DNA of 64,000 nt from the IMG/VR virus record IMGVR_UViG_3300021411_000006, positions 9,241 to 73,240 of that record, one strand, 5' to 3'. This document shows positions 10,954 through 19,000 of the stretch, one piece after another. Under the pieces are notes generated by a model. It did not search any database, was not told the origin of the DNA, and worked only from the letters and a program-made list of their open reading frames with translations. This DNA comes from a virus. Lineage: Duplodnaviria; Caudoviricetes. The translations under genes and the position numbers were made by a program. Positions within the stretch are counted from its first letter, which is position 1. Each line of letters opens with the position of its first letter.

Positions 10954-11020
10954 AAAATAGGCTGGGGTAGCTATTGGGGTAACTTGATTGGTTTTGTATT
11001 ATATATAAGGTATCTTTAGA

Positions 11021-11100
11021 ACGGCTGGTCTCAGCCGGACTCCAATGCTTCAAGGTCGCGAAGTGATATTGGGCCTCTCGGGTTAACGGGAGGCTTTTTT
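11021..11100 (+). ncRNA. Candidate ~80-nt three-hairpin small RNA ending in an intrinsic terminator
   Basis: CGGCTG/CAGCCG stem; CCAAT-GCTTC/GAAGT-ATTGG stem; GCCTCTCG/CGGGAGGC + T6; promoter-like TATCTTTA at 11011. Confidence 0.4.
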
Positions 11101-11149
11101 CCTAAGGACGGTCAGGTTCTTTCTAGCATATTGTTTTTTCCTGGGAAGC

Positions 11150-11182
11150 AAAAAACCTCTCTTTTATCAGGGAGGTTTTTTT
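11150..11182. terminator. Bidirectional intrinsic terminator
   Basis: AAAAAACCTCTC-TTTTATCA-GGGAGGTTTTTTT. Confidence 0.7.
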
Positions 11183-11197
11183 ATGTAAATTTATTCC

Positions 11198-11611
11198 ATG
11201 AAAAAAGAAAATCCCCTCGCCAACAAAATGGCTGAAAATGTTTCCTGGGAGTGTATAGCTAACCACCTGCCGAAATGGAGCGATGATCTGCGTATAGAGA
11301 CATTAATGGAAGCAAAGAAAGACAACCGTGTAAGCGACCTGGTAGATAGGTATAATGACTTGAGCGAACGGGAAAAGAAAGCTGGTACGGATGCTCATTC
11401 CATCTACGGAGTCGAAACAGAGAAGACGGAAATTATCGACGAGGTTATGAAGATTCTTGAACGGTACAAAGCGGTAGTAAAATCAGGGCCTAAACCCATT
11501 TCTATATTCCTTTTCCCGGACTCAATAGAAAAACAGGATCTCTGGTTAGACGGATACAATTACGCCTGCGAAGTTTTTTCAGACCTTGCAGAACCACACC
11601 GGAAACTGTAA
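11198..11611 (+). CDS. Hypothetical protein beside attP (moron-like position)
   Basis: 137-aa ORF oriented against the late operon. Confidence 0.6.
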   Translation: MKKENPLANKMAENVSWECIANHLPKWSDDLRIETLMEAKKDNRVSDLVDRYNDLSEREKKAGTDAHSIYGVETEKTEIIDEVMKILERYKAVVKSGPKPISIFLFPDSIEKQDLWLDGYNYACEVFSDLAEPHRKL

Positions 11612-11782
11612 TTACTTCTTCGCCCGGATCTCCCCCTCCAGCCGGTCAATCTCCTTACGATCTTCCACCATCTTTTTTTTAAGATGCTTTGCCCGGCGAT
11701 GCAGGTCGTTGAAAAGTGTAATATCGGCAAGGAGTCGCGCTTCTCTTTTCGCCAGCTCCGACCGTAGATCGGGGAGCGTCAT
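11612..11782 (-). CDS. 56-aa coiled-coil protein (absent from ORF track)
   Basis: Hand translation: MTLPDLRSELAKREARLLADITLFNDLHRRAKHLKKKMVEDRKEIDRLEGEIRAKK. Confidence 0.5.
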   Translation of the reverse strand: MTLPDLRSELAKREARLLADITLFNDLHRRAKHLKKKMVEDRKEIDRLEGEIRAKK

Positions 11783-11872
11783 ACTACAGAAATTTATCCC
11801 ATATAGAAATTAACCGCCTTATAAGCCGGTCCCGCCAGTCGGGTTTTAAAGCCTCCCAATCGTGGCGGCGGA

Positions 11873-12454
11873 TCATGCCTCGTTTGTTGTTACCGGAGTC
11901 CCGGCGTTACTGAGGAAATATTTTTTTACCGATACCGGCATCGCGTTATATTTTGGCCTGCGGACGGCAAAGAGTCTTTCCTTTGCGATCCTGGTTATTG
12001 AATACATATTTGACTGGTTGCCGCCCATTACTATAAAGTGGGTCGGACTCTCTCCAATATACATGCCGACATGGTAGCCACCTGGCCTGACAAATACGAG
12101 CGTATCTCCAAGCATTGCCTCCTTTCTATCGATTACTCTCCAGGTGTCAGCATTCACGCTGCTACCTAACTGAGCGAAGGATTTAGCCCGGAGCTTGTCA
12201 TACTTATCTTTCTTCCCGATATCGATGGCTTTACCTGCCCGCAGGCATACTGCATAATGCGCCACGGCGCACCAGCTCGTATCATCGTTCTTATAAATAT
12301 CCCTGACACCGATCTCGTCGGCAAACTTTAGTATCTCCGGATTACTGTGTGCGCCTGGGATCTCTTTTATTCCCAGCAGCTTAATTCCTTCAGTTACCAT
12401 TTTCGGCAGTTCGCCGATAGTGTCGATCCATTTAAAGTTTTCGGGTAAAGGCAT
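11873..12454 (-). CDS. Endolysin, TIGR02594 / NlpC-P60-like peptidase
   Basis: DDTSWCAVA (catalytic Cys), GGYHVGMYIG (His), MGGNQSN; located in the lysis cluster. Confidence 0.85.
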   Translation of the reverse strand: MPLPENFKWIDTIGELPKMVTEGIKLLGIKEIPGAHSNPEILKFADEIGVRDIYKNDDTSWCAVAHYAVCLRAGKAIDIGKKDKYDKLRAKSFAQLGSSVNADTWRVIDRKEAMLGDTLVFVRPGGYHVGMYIGESPTHFIVMGGNQSNMYSITRIAKERLFAVRRPKYNAMPVSVKKYFLSNAGTPVTTNEA

Positions 12455-12508
12455 GTTGTACGGATTAAGGTATAAATAGAAGATTTTTACTTCAACCTCC
12501 GGAAGTTT

Positions 12509-12778
12509 TCATACCGGTTTTTTGCGCTTCTTTTTCTTGACCGAGACGACCGGAGTTACTTTTATAAACTGTTCAACCTTTAACGGGTATTTATCCCAGC
12601 GCTTTGGTGTCCGTAGCTTTTTGCTTGTAGTGGTGACATGGAAATGATGGCACTCAGGGCATTTGTAAAGGCCATACTCCTGGTGCTTTTTTCTATTACC
12701 CAAGCTGGCGATACTCTTTTTCCCGTCCTTGTAGGTCAGGTGCGCGATCTTACCGGTATCGCAGAAGATCTGCTCCAC
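12509..12778 (-). CDS. Small basic Zn-finger protein
   Basis: LYKCPECHHFHVTT motif; Lys-rich tail. Confidence 0.6.
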   Translation of the reverse strand: MEQIFCDTGKIAHLTYKDGKKSIASLGNRKKHQEYGLYKCPECHHFHVTTTSKKLRTPKRWDKYPLKVEQFIKVTPVVSVKKKKRKKPV

Positions 12779-12779
12779 G

Positions 12780-13298
12780 TTAAACCAGTCCTGTTTTCTT
12801 TGCCACTTTCTTACGGATCATAACGAAGATTCCCAGGGCTATCCCGGCACCCATGCCTATGATGATCCAAAGGCGGCGCTGTGCGATCCGCCTCCATTTA
12901 TCCGACTCTATAGTTTTCTGTTCCAGCATACCGATGGCTTTGCCTCGTTCAATACTGCACAGGGATAGTTTCGCCTGGTCCTCCTGGATTACCGTATCGA
13001 CCCGCAGGATTGTGCGGTTAATAACCTGGCCGGGCATCTGCTGGATCGTTTTGATCCAAACTGTGTCACGGGACCGCAGGGTATCACGGATTATGGTGGT
13101 CGTGCTGGAGTCGGCCCAAAGAGTGTCGATCACAATGCTGTCTTTGCCTGCCAAAACCCGCTCTTTTACCGGGTAGGTAATGGCACAGTAAAGAGCGCCG
13201 ATCTCCGGGAACGCGGTTACTGCCCTCCCGTGCTGTACAGCCGCCTTGCGCTGGTTGTAACAGCCGGTAAAGAGTAGTAGGATAAGGAGGTATTTCAT
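12780..13298 (-). CDS. Unimolecular-spanin-like protein
   Basis: N-terminal lipobox LFTG-C plus C-terminal TM helix LWIIIGMGAGIALGIFVMI followed by RKK; next to holin. Confidence 0.75.
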   Translation of the reverse strand: MKYLLILLLFTGCYNQRKAAVQHGRAVTAFPEIGALYCAITYPVKERVLAGKDSIVIDTLWADSSTTTIIRDTLRSRDTVWIKTIQQMPGQVINRTILRVDTVIQEDQAKLSLCSIERGKAIGMLEQKTIESDKWRRIAQRRLWIIIGMGAGIALGIFVMIRKKVAKKTGLV

Positions 13299-13702
13299 AT
13301 AGTGGTATCTGGTTTGGGAGCAAGCGGAGTAGGAGTAATAATTTCTCCCTCTCTTTTAGCTTCTGTTATCACTGGGGATTTTTCGTATCCTTCAGACTTA
13401 GCCGGAGCGGCCAATACGGCAAGCAGCCCAATTACCATCTGTAGTATCAACTGTGCAAGCTGTACGTTTCCGGTTTGTAGCTGGGTAAGATAAGCGGCCA
13501 GAGCATTACCAACTAATCCGGCTATTGAAGCCCATTGACCGCGAAGGTTACGGGCTGCAAAAGATGCCGCGGCAATGATACCTGAAAATACCAGCACCTT
13601 TGTACTGCTTTGTCCGCCCTTAATAAGTTCACTGATAGCAAGGGCAATAGCTGATACCAGGCCAAATATCAACACCTTGTTTTTATTAAAAAACTCTTTC
13701 AT
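13295..13702 (-). CDS. Putative holin
   Basis: Several hydrophobic helices, hydrophilic C-terminus, lysis-cluster position, ATGA overlap. Confidence 0.6.
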   Translation of the reverse strand: MKEFFNKNKVLIFGLVSAIALAISELIKGGQSSTKVLVFSGIIAAASFAARNLRGQWASIAGLVGNALAAYLTQLQTGNVQLAQLILQMVIGLLAVLAAPAKSEGYEKSPVITEAKREGEIITPTPLAPKPDTTI

Positions 13703-13705
13703 AAT

Positions 13706-14005
13706 TTATGGTTTATTGGTTATTAATTGTATTATATCCCTTAGACCAAACCCTCCGAGTATCGACGCTCCGATAAGAAACCAGATCATTCTGTCCCTGA
13801 GTTTTTCAAGGTCGCTTATCCGTTTTTCGTGATTAGCAAACTTTTTTATCATACCACCACTTTCCGGGTCAAGTTCATTACCGGTTAGCAGTGTCAATAT
13901 CTCGTCAACCTTGTCACCAATCGTTATTACCTGATTTTGGATCTGATGTATATCCTGGGACTGAGCAGTTGCCTGTTCCTGTACCTGTTTTTGAGTTTGT
14001 TCCAT
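13706..14005 (-). CDS. Coiled-coil protein with C-terminal TM helix (holin/antiholin or XhlA-like)
   Basis: RISDLEKLRDRMIWFLIGASILGGFGL. Confidence 0.55.
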   Translation of the reverse strand: MEQTQKQVQEQATAQSQDIHQIQNQVITIGDKVDEILTLLTGNELDPESGGMIKKFANHEKRISDLEKLRDRMIWFLIGASILGGFGLRDIIQLITNKP

Positions 14006-14118
14006 TATAGAAAGCCTTTAAATTTTATTTCCTTACGCTGCTTTTCCGGTTTGCACCAGTATTTTGGCGAACAGGAGGTAAGCAGGAAAATTGCCAGAAT
14101 GAAAACCAATTTTATCAT
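14005..14118 (-). CDS. 37-aa lipoprotein (absent from ORF track)
   Basis: MIKLVFILAIFLLTS-CSPKYWCKPEKQRKEIKFKGFL; ATGA overlap upstream and TAATG overlap downstream. Confidence 0.75.
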   Translation of the reverse strand: MIKLVFILAIFLLTSCSPKYWCKPEKQRKEIKFKGFL

Positions 14119-14324
14119 TTCTTCTTCGTTGTGTCCAGCTGCCTGTTTGCTTCAAACGCTATCTTAGCCCGCAACCCCTCCACTTTTTTAGCCGGTAACT
14201 CACCGAGCGCATCATATACTAATTGCATTTCTTCTAAGGAAAAAGTGATTGTTATCTTTTTTTCGTCCTGTAGTCTAAAAGAGAACAGAGAGAACGCAAA
14301 TAGCGCGATGATTACTTTTTTCAT
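14115..14324 (-). CDS. Small fibre-associated protein with a signal-peptide-like leader
   Basis: MKKVIIALFAFSLFSF leader, then ITFSLEEMQLVYDALGELPAKKVEGLRAKI. Confidence 0.65.
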   Translation of the reverse strand: MKKVIIALFAFSLFSFRLQDEKKITITFSLEEMQLVYDALGELPAKKVEGLRAKIAFEANRQLDTTKKK

Positions 14325-14349
14325 ATACTTTGTTTGTTTAGTTTAAAAA

Positions 14350-14793
14350 TTATTGACCTTCCTTGTTCATCAATCTGCCCAGCCTCCGGCGGGCTAGATA
14401 TGTTACTGAGTAAGCCGCCTCAACCGCTGCGATCCTGGATGCTACTATTGGATGAGTAATCGCCTGCAAAACATTTTTGGGGTTACCTCCTAAAGCGTCA
14501 GCTTCTCCAGCATGCACCTGCCGGATGATCGTGTACCACCTCACCAACATGCCGCCAGGTATAGAGTCAAGCGTCACGTTGTCGCTGTTTTGTTTGCCTG
14601 CACTTTTTAGCCGGATAAAGCGTAGGTATTTCATCTCTATACTGTCAGTTGAACCAATGTAATAGCTGGTCATATAGTCAAGATCCCCCGACTTGAATGT
14701 AATATTCCGGACGATGGAGGTGTCCAGATTATTTTGCGACTTCGCCAGGGTGTAAGCCAGTATAAAAGGAATAAAGAGAAATAGCTTTTTCAT
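14350..14793 (-). CDS. Exported protein, possible fibre chaperone
   Basis: Signal peptide MKKLFLFIPFILAYTLAKS|Q. Confidence 0.65.
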   Translation of the reverse strand: MKKLFLFIPFILAYTLAKSQNNLDTSIVRNITFKSGDLDYMTSYYIGSTDSIEMKYLRFIRLKSAGKQNSDNVTLDSIPGGMLVRWYTIIRQVHAGEADALGGNPKNVLQAITHPIVASRIAAVEAAYSVTYLARRRLGRLMNKEGQ

Positions 14794-14806
14794 TATTGTT
14801 ATTTTA

Positions 14807-16036
14807 TTAGTTTGCTAATCTTATTTTCATTTTTGAGCCGATCAATACGGTTGATGTTCCAGACGTTACTTTCAGGTGCTGAATAGAAATTGTAGCCGTT
14901 CCTGAACCTCGCGTAGTTACCCAGCCGTGTATATACATCATCCCGCTTTGCCCGGAGGTTAATAGCCTGGCGGCAGTACCTGTAGCAGAGGCGACAATAT
15001 TTTCTGTAGTGATCGTCGTTCCGGTTGAATTACCTATTAATAGCGCCTGAACAACAGCAGCGCCTCCAGTGCCTCCGCCTGTTATTGCGTATTGGCAACC
15101 AGTTGTTACCGCAGAGGTGGTTACGTTTAACCAAGCCTCAACTTCGTAGAGCGTGGAGTTTGACAGCGTTCCGGAGGTAAGGCCAGTGATATCCGTCAGT
15201 GCCTGGCCGGTTGTTGTTGCGTTAGATCCGGTTACAGCGAATGTTGTCCAGTTCTCCCGTGTGTTTTGAGAAACCCAGTTTGTGCCATCGGAAATAAGTG
15301 TATTGCCGGTGCCGGTGCCTACTGGCCAGAGTTCTGTCGAGGCTATCCAGTTTGTGCCATCGGATACGATTATTTTTCTGGTCGTAGCACTGGCATTCGG
15401 AAATGTCGGAGTTGATAATACATAGTTTGTGCCATCGCTAAGTAGCACCTTATTCGCCGTCGCTCCAGCGGATGTTGGGATCGTCGATGTCGATGGGATG
15501 TAATTTGTGCCATTACCAACGATGAACTTTCCTGTAGCCGCTGCCGTACCTATTGTAAAGCCTGTTGTAAAGTCTGGAGTGGTCGCGCCATTGAATAGTA
15601 ATACGCCGGTTCCATTCTCGTCCGTTACCGCCGAACGTAAGTTAGCCGATGATGGTGTAGCTATCCATGTGCCAACATTCGAACCAGGGGTAATCCCTGA
15701 CCATGTGGTTAAATCACCATCAAAAGCCTGAACATCGGTGCCAATAGTGAGACCGAGATCCGTTTTGACATTCGTATAACTTCTGTGGGTGACACTGTTG
15801 TCAGCGTTCGCCCTTATAAATCCAAGTGCGGACGGATTGGAAATGGTAAAGATCGCAGAACCAAGCGTAGTGCCGCCCAGGTTTGCCCGTGCGGTTGCAG
15901 GCGTGCCGACATCGGATAAATTATTTGCCACCTGCAAACCCTCTGACTTTACCATTACAGAGTTTGCAGTAGTAACCCTTTGCGAAAAGGCAAACACTGG
16001 AAACAATATTAGGAGGTGGACGAATATTTTTTTCAT
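14807..16036 (-). CDS. Tail-fibre-like protein with signal peptide (409 aa)
   Basis: MKKIFVHLLILFPVFAFS|Q; fibre motifs ANNLSDV...ARANLG and IGTDVQAFDGDL; four (S/G)(D/N)GTN repeats; Thr/Gly-rich. Confidence 0.75.
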   Translation of the reverse strand: MKKIFVHLLILFPVFAFSQRVTTANSVMVKSEGLQVANNLSDVGTPATARANLGGTTLGSAIFTISNPSALGFIRANADNSVTHRSYTNVKTDLGLTIGTDVQAFDGDLTTWSGITPGSNVGTWIATPSSANLRSAVTDENGTGVLLFNGATTPDFTTGFTIGTAAATGKFIVGNGTNYIPSTSTIPTSAGATANKVLLSDGTNYVLSTPTFPNASATTRKIIVSDGTNWIASTELWPVGTGTGNTLISDGTNWVSQNTRENWTTFAVTGSNATTTGQALTDITGLTSGTLSNSTLYEVEAWLNVTTSAVTTGCQYAITGGGTGGAAVVQALLIGNSTGTTITTENIVASATGTAARLLTSGQSGMMYIHGWVTTRGSGTATISIQHLKVTSGTSTVLIGSKMKIRLAN

Positions 16037-19000
16037 AAACTGTATGCATTATATTTTAATTGATATTGTGCGTTCCAATCAGTAGAACTAACACTGTCAG
16101 CAGTAACTCTTATCCTTAAATCTCCTCCGCTGGCATCGACAGTCCATGTTGCTGTTGTCCAAGTCTCTCTATAATCGGGTTGTTCGTCTACAATCTGTAA
16201 TACCGTTACCGTTCCGCTATCATTCTTCCAGTGAACAAACTTCTTCCCGGTCAAGCCTTTAGAATTATTACCCGTCTCTATACCTATAAGTGTCACTACC
16301 AAAACGCCTCTTGTTCCCGAAGGGGTAGATATGGTTCCTAGTGTAGTAACTGAAGTTGTAGTAGTATTTGTCGTAAAATTATCCCAAGCATCCCACCCCT
16401 TAATACTTACAACCTCGCTGGTTATATCTATACCAATACCGCCAGTATAAACAGTTCCGGTAGGGACTACCCAAGTCCCATCTTTACGCAAAAATTGTGT
16501 AGTTGTGCTTCCCCCGCTTGCTACTGGCACCAATCCTTTAGCTGAAGTTGAAAACACATCAAGTAAAGACGTTGCTTGCGTACCCGTCAACTCTTCCATA
16601 TCCCCCGAACCGCCTGTAATTCTTCCCATAACCCTATTTGTAGCAGAAATGTTTTGCATTTTAGCATAAGTAACTACATCGTTATCTATTGTCCATACTG
16701 CCCCGCTACTGCTTACCGTTATATCTCCTTTGTCTCCATCGCTAACCCCACCAGACAGGCTTTCTATCTTATCCCGGACGGCGTTTTTGGTAGGAACCTC
16801 TAAAGAGCCGTTCCAGGCGGTTGCGTCATAAACCTCATCCGGGACTATAACATCAGATAAAAATGTAGCAACACCCGTAGAACCGTTTATTGTAAGGGAT
16901 GCTGTCGAAGTGTTATCAATAGAAAAAATCAAATCTTTTGAATTTGTAAATACAAAGAACTTATTAGGAAGTGATGATGCACTTGGATTGGCATAACCCA
17001 TTCCGCCTGCTCTTACACTACTATTATCTAAAAAATCAAATGAAACAAATCCAGATGCGTGTAAATTTTGGAATTGCCCAATAGCTCTGGATACCTGGTT
17101 TGACTGATATAAAAATTCATACTTAGTTGAAGAGGAACCAGAAACTTGTAAGAGAAAGTCCCCAGCATCTGAAGAAGTTCCTATACGAATCTCGTCCTCG
17201 CTTGCATCTGAAAACAATATTGTTTTTGTAGCTGTGTTAATAGTTACATCGCCTGCTGAAGTGCTAAATGTATTAAAGATAGCCCCACCGTCTACCTCAA
17301 TGGTTGCGCTTGCGGTTTGCCCTCCTATATATGGTGTATTGCTGAAAAAAGTTCCTGTAGCACTAATTTGTTGTGGATAATATACTCCAGCAACAGATAA
17401 TAGGGTATTAGCAGTTGACGATATTACCAATGTTCCGCAACAAGCGGCAGAGATAGTCCCGATACCATTTACATTGATTGAAGTTGTTGAAAGCTCCCCT
17501 GTGGGGGGGTCATATTTAAAAGCAGCATTATTACTCAATATCCCAGCTGAATCGTAAAGCACTCTATAAGTAGCACTACTTGAAATAGTTGTAACACCTT
17601 TGGTAAGGCTGGCTGCCGGGATATCCTGCCATGTTGGTACTGACGTTGTTCCCGTCGAAGTCCAAACCTTGCCGGAAGTTCCAAAAGCTTGCTCCTGGAC
17701 ATCTCCAGATCCGTCGGAGTAAAATGCTCTCCATGCTGTTTGCGAAACAAATTGGGTCAAGTTTGTAAAGCCTCCGCCACCAGTGGCAGTAAGAACCCCA
17801 GCTGTTAAATCCAGGCCTGACCCAATAGTTATATAAGCTACCTTTCCCTGGTCAGTACCGCCTTGCTTCCAGGCCAGCAAAGTGTTTTCATTCGTGCCAG
17901 TCCTTACAGAGTCTATCCATAATTTACCCAAGAAAGGCTTTATTCCTAACGAGTCCCCCCAAATTTCAATAGACGATGTAGGCGCGCCGGAAGCGGTAGC
18001 GTGTTGGTTTCCTAAATGCAAAACGCCACTTCCGAACTGAATTATTTGATTATAATTACTATCAACGTTCTGGAAGTATGGGTTTAGTGCTGCCCACCAA
18101 ATTTCTGAAAAAAGGAACCCACCATTTGATTCTTGATACGAATTAAAATTAGTCGGGCGAATCCTCACGTAACTATTCGTTGCAGAGTTTGTAACGTCAA
18201 GGTTAAAACCAGCCTGGGCAATAGTTGTATTTACTGTAAGTGTACCGCCGAGTTTTATGCCGATCTGGTTTGTAGTCGCGCTATCTGGGGTAAGACCGTT
18301 GGTTGCGGTAAATGTTTTAATGTTATTGGTGTTCGGTATAACCCACCTGTATCCTGAACCTACGTTGGAGTTATAGTAAGATCCCAGCGTTTCTATTTTA
18401 TCCCTTATGGCATCTTTTGTGGGCACTTCATTATTTCCATTCCAGGTGGTTGCGTTATAGGCATCAGCCGGTACAGTTACATCACCGGTAAATAATCCTT
18501 CGCCTACAACATCGAGTGCAACGGTAGGGGTTTGGTTATTGATTCCAAACTTCATTGTTAATGCTCCGTTCTTGATATAGGAAAGGTTTGAACCGTCTTC
18601 TATTGTAAGTGCAGTACCATTATTTGAACCCGATATGTCCCCTATTGCGTACTGGTTACTTGGTTTATCTATAGAAAAATAAGTGTCCCCTCCGTTTTTT
18701 AACCTGAAATAATACGAGCCTAAGCCAAAAATAGTTGTGTTCTGTAAAAATGTTCCGCCCAAAGCGATGTCGTTTACGGTCTTGGTAAGACCATTTGATG
18801 CGGTCACCGCGCTTCCGCCACTGACATAAGTCATCGTCGGGATAGCATACCTTATTAATGCCCCATGAAGGTTAGCTGATCCACCTGGGCTAAGTGTATC
18901 GTAATAGTTATTGATAAAGAGCCTGGACCCGTCCGTAACGATTTCATTAGGCTGGTCAAAAAGAGTGTCTAATAGGAATTTATACTGCTCGTTTGTCTCC

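Larger units (their letters stand above)
10720..10983. other. attP-like site: two pairs of arm-type direct repeats flanking a candidate core
   Basis: TGGGGTAAC at 10720 and 10732; TGGGGTAGC at 10963 and TGGGGTAAC at 10975 (12-bp period in both pairs); immediately 5' of int. Confidence 0.75.

Noticed and set aside
15700-15730. FDGD in the 409-aa protein as a polymerase motif
   Set aside because: It is part of the common fibre motif GTDVQA(F/Y)D(G/A)DL.
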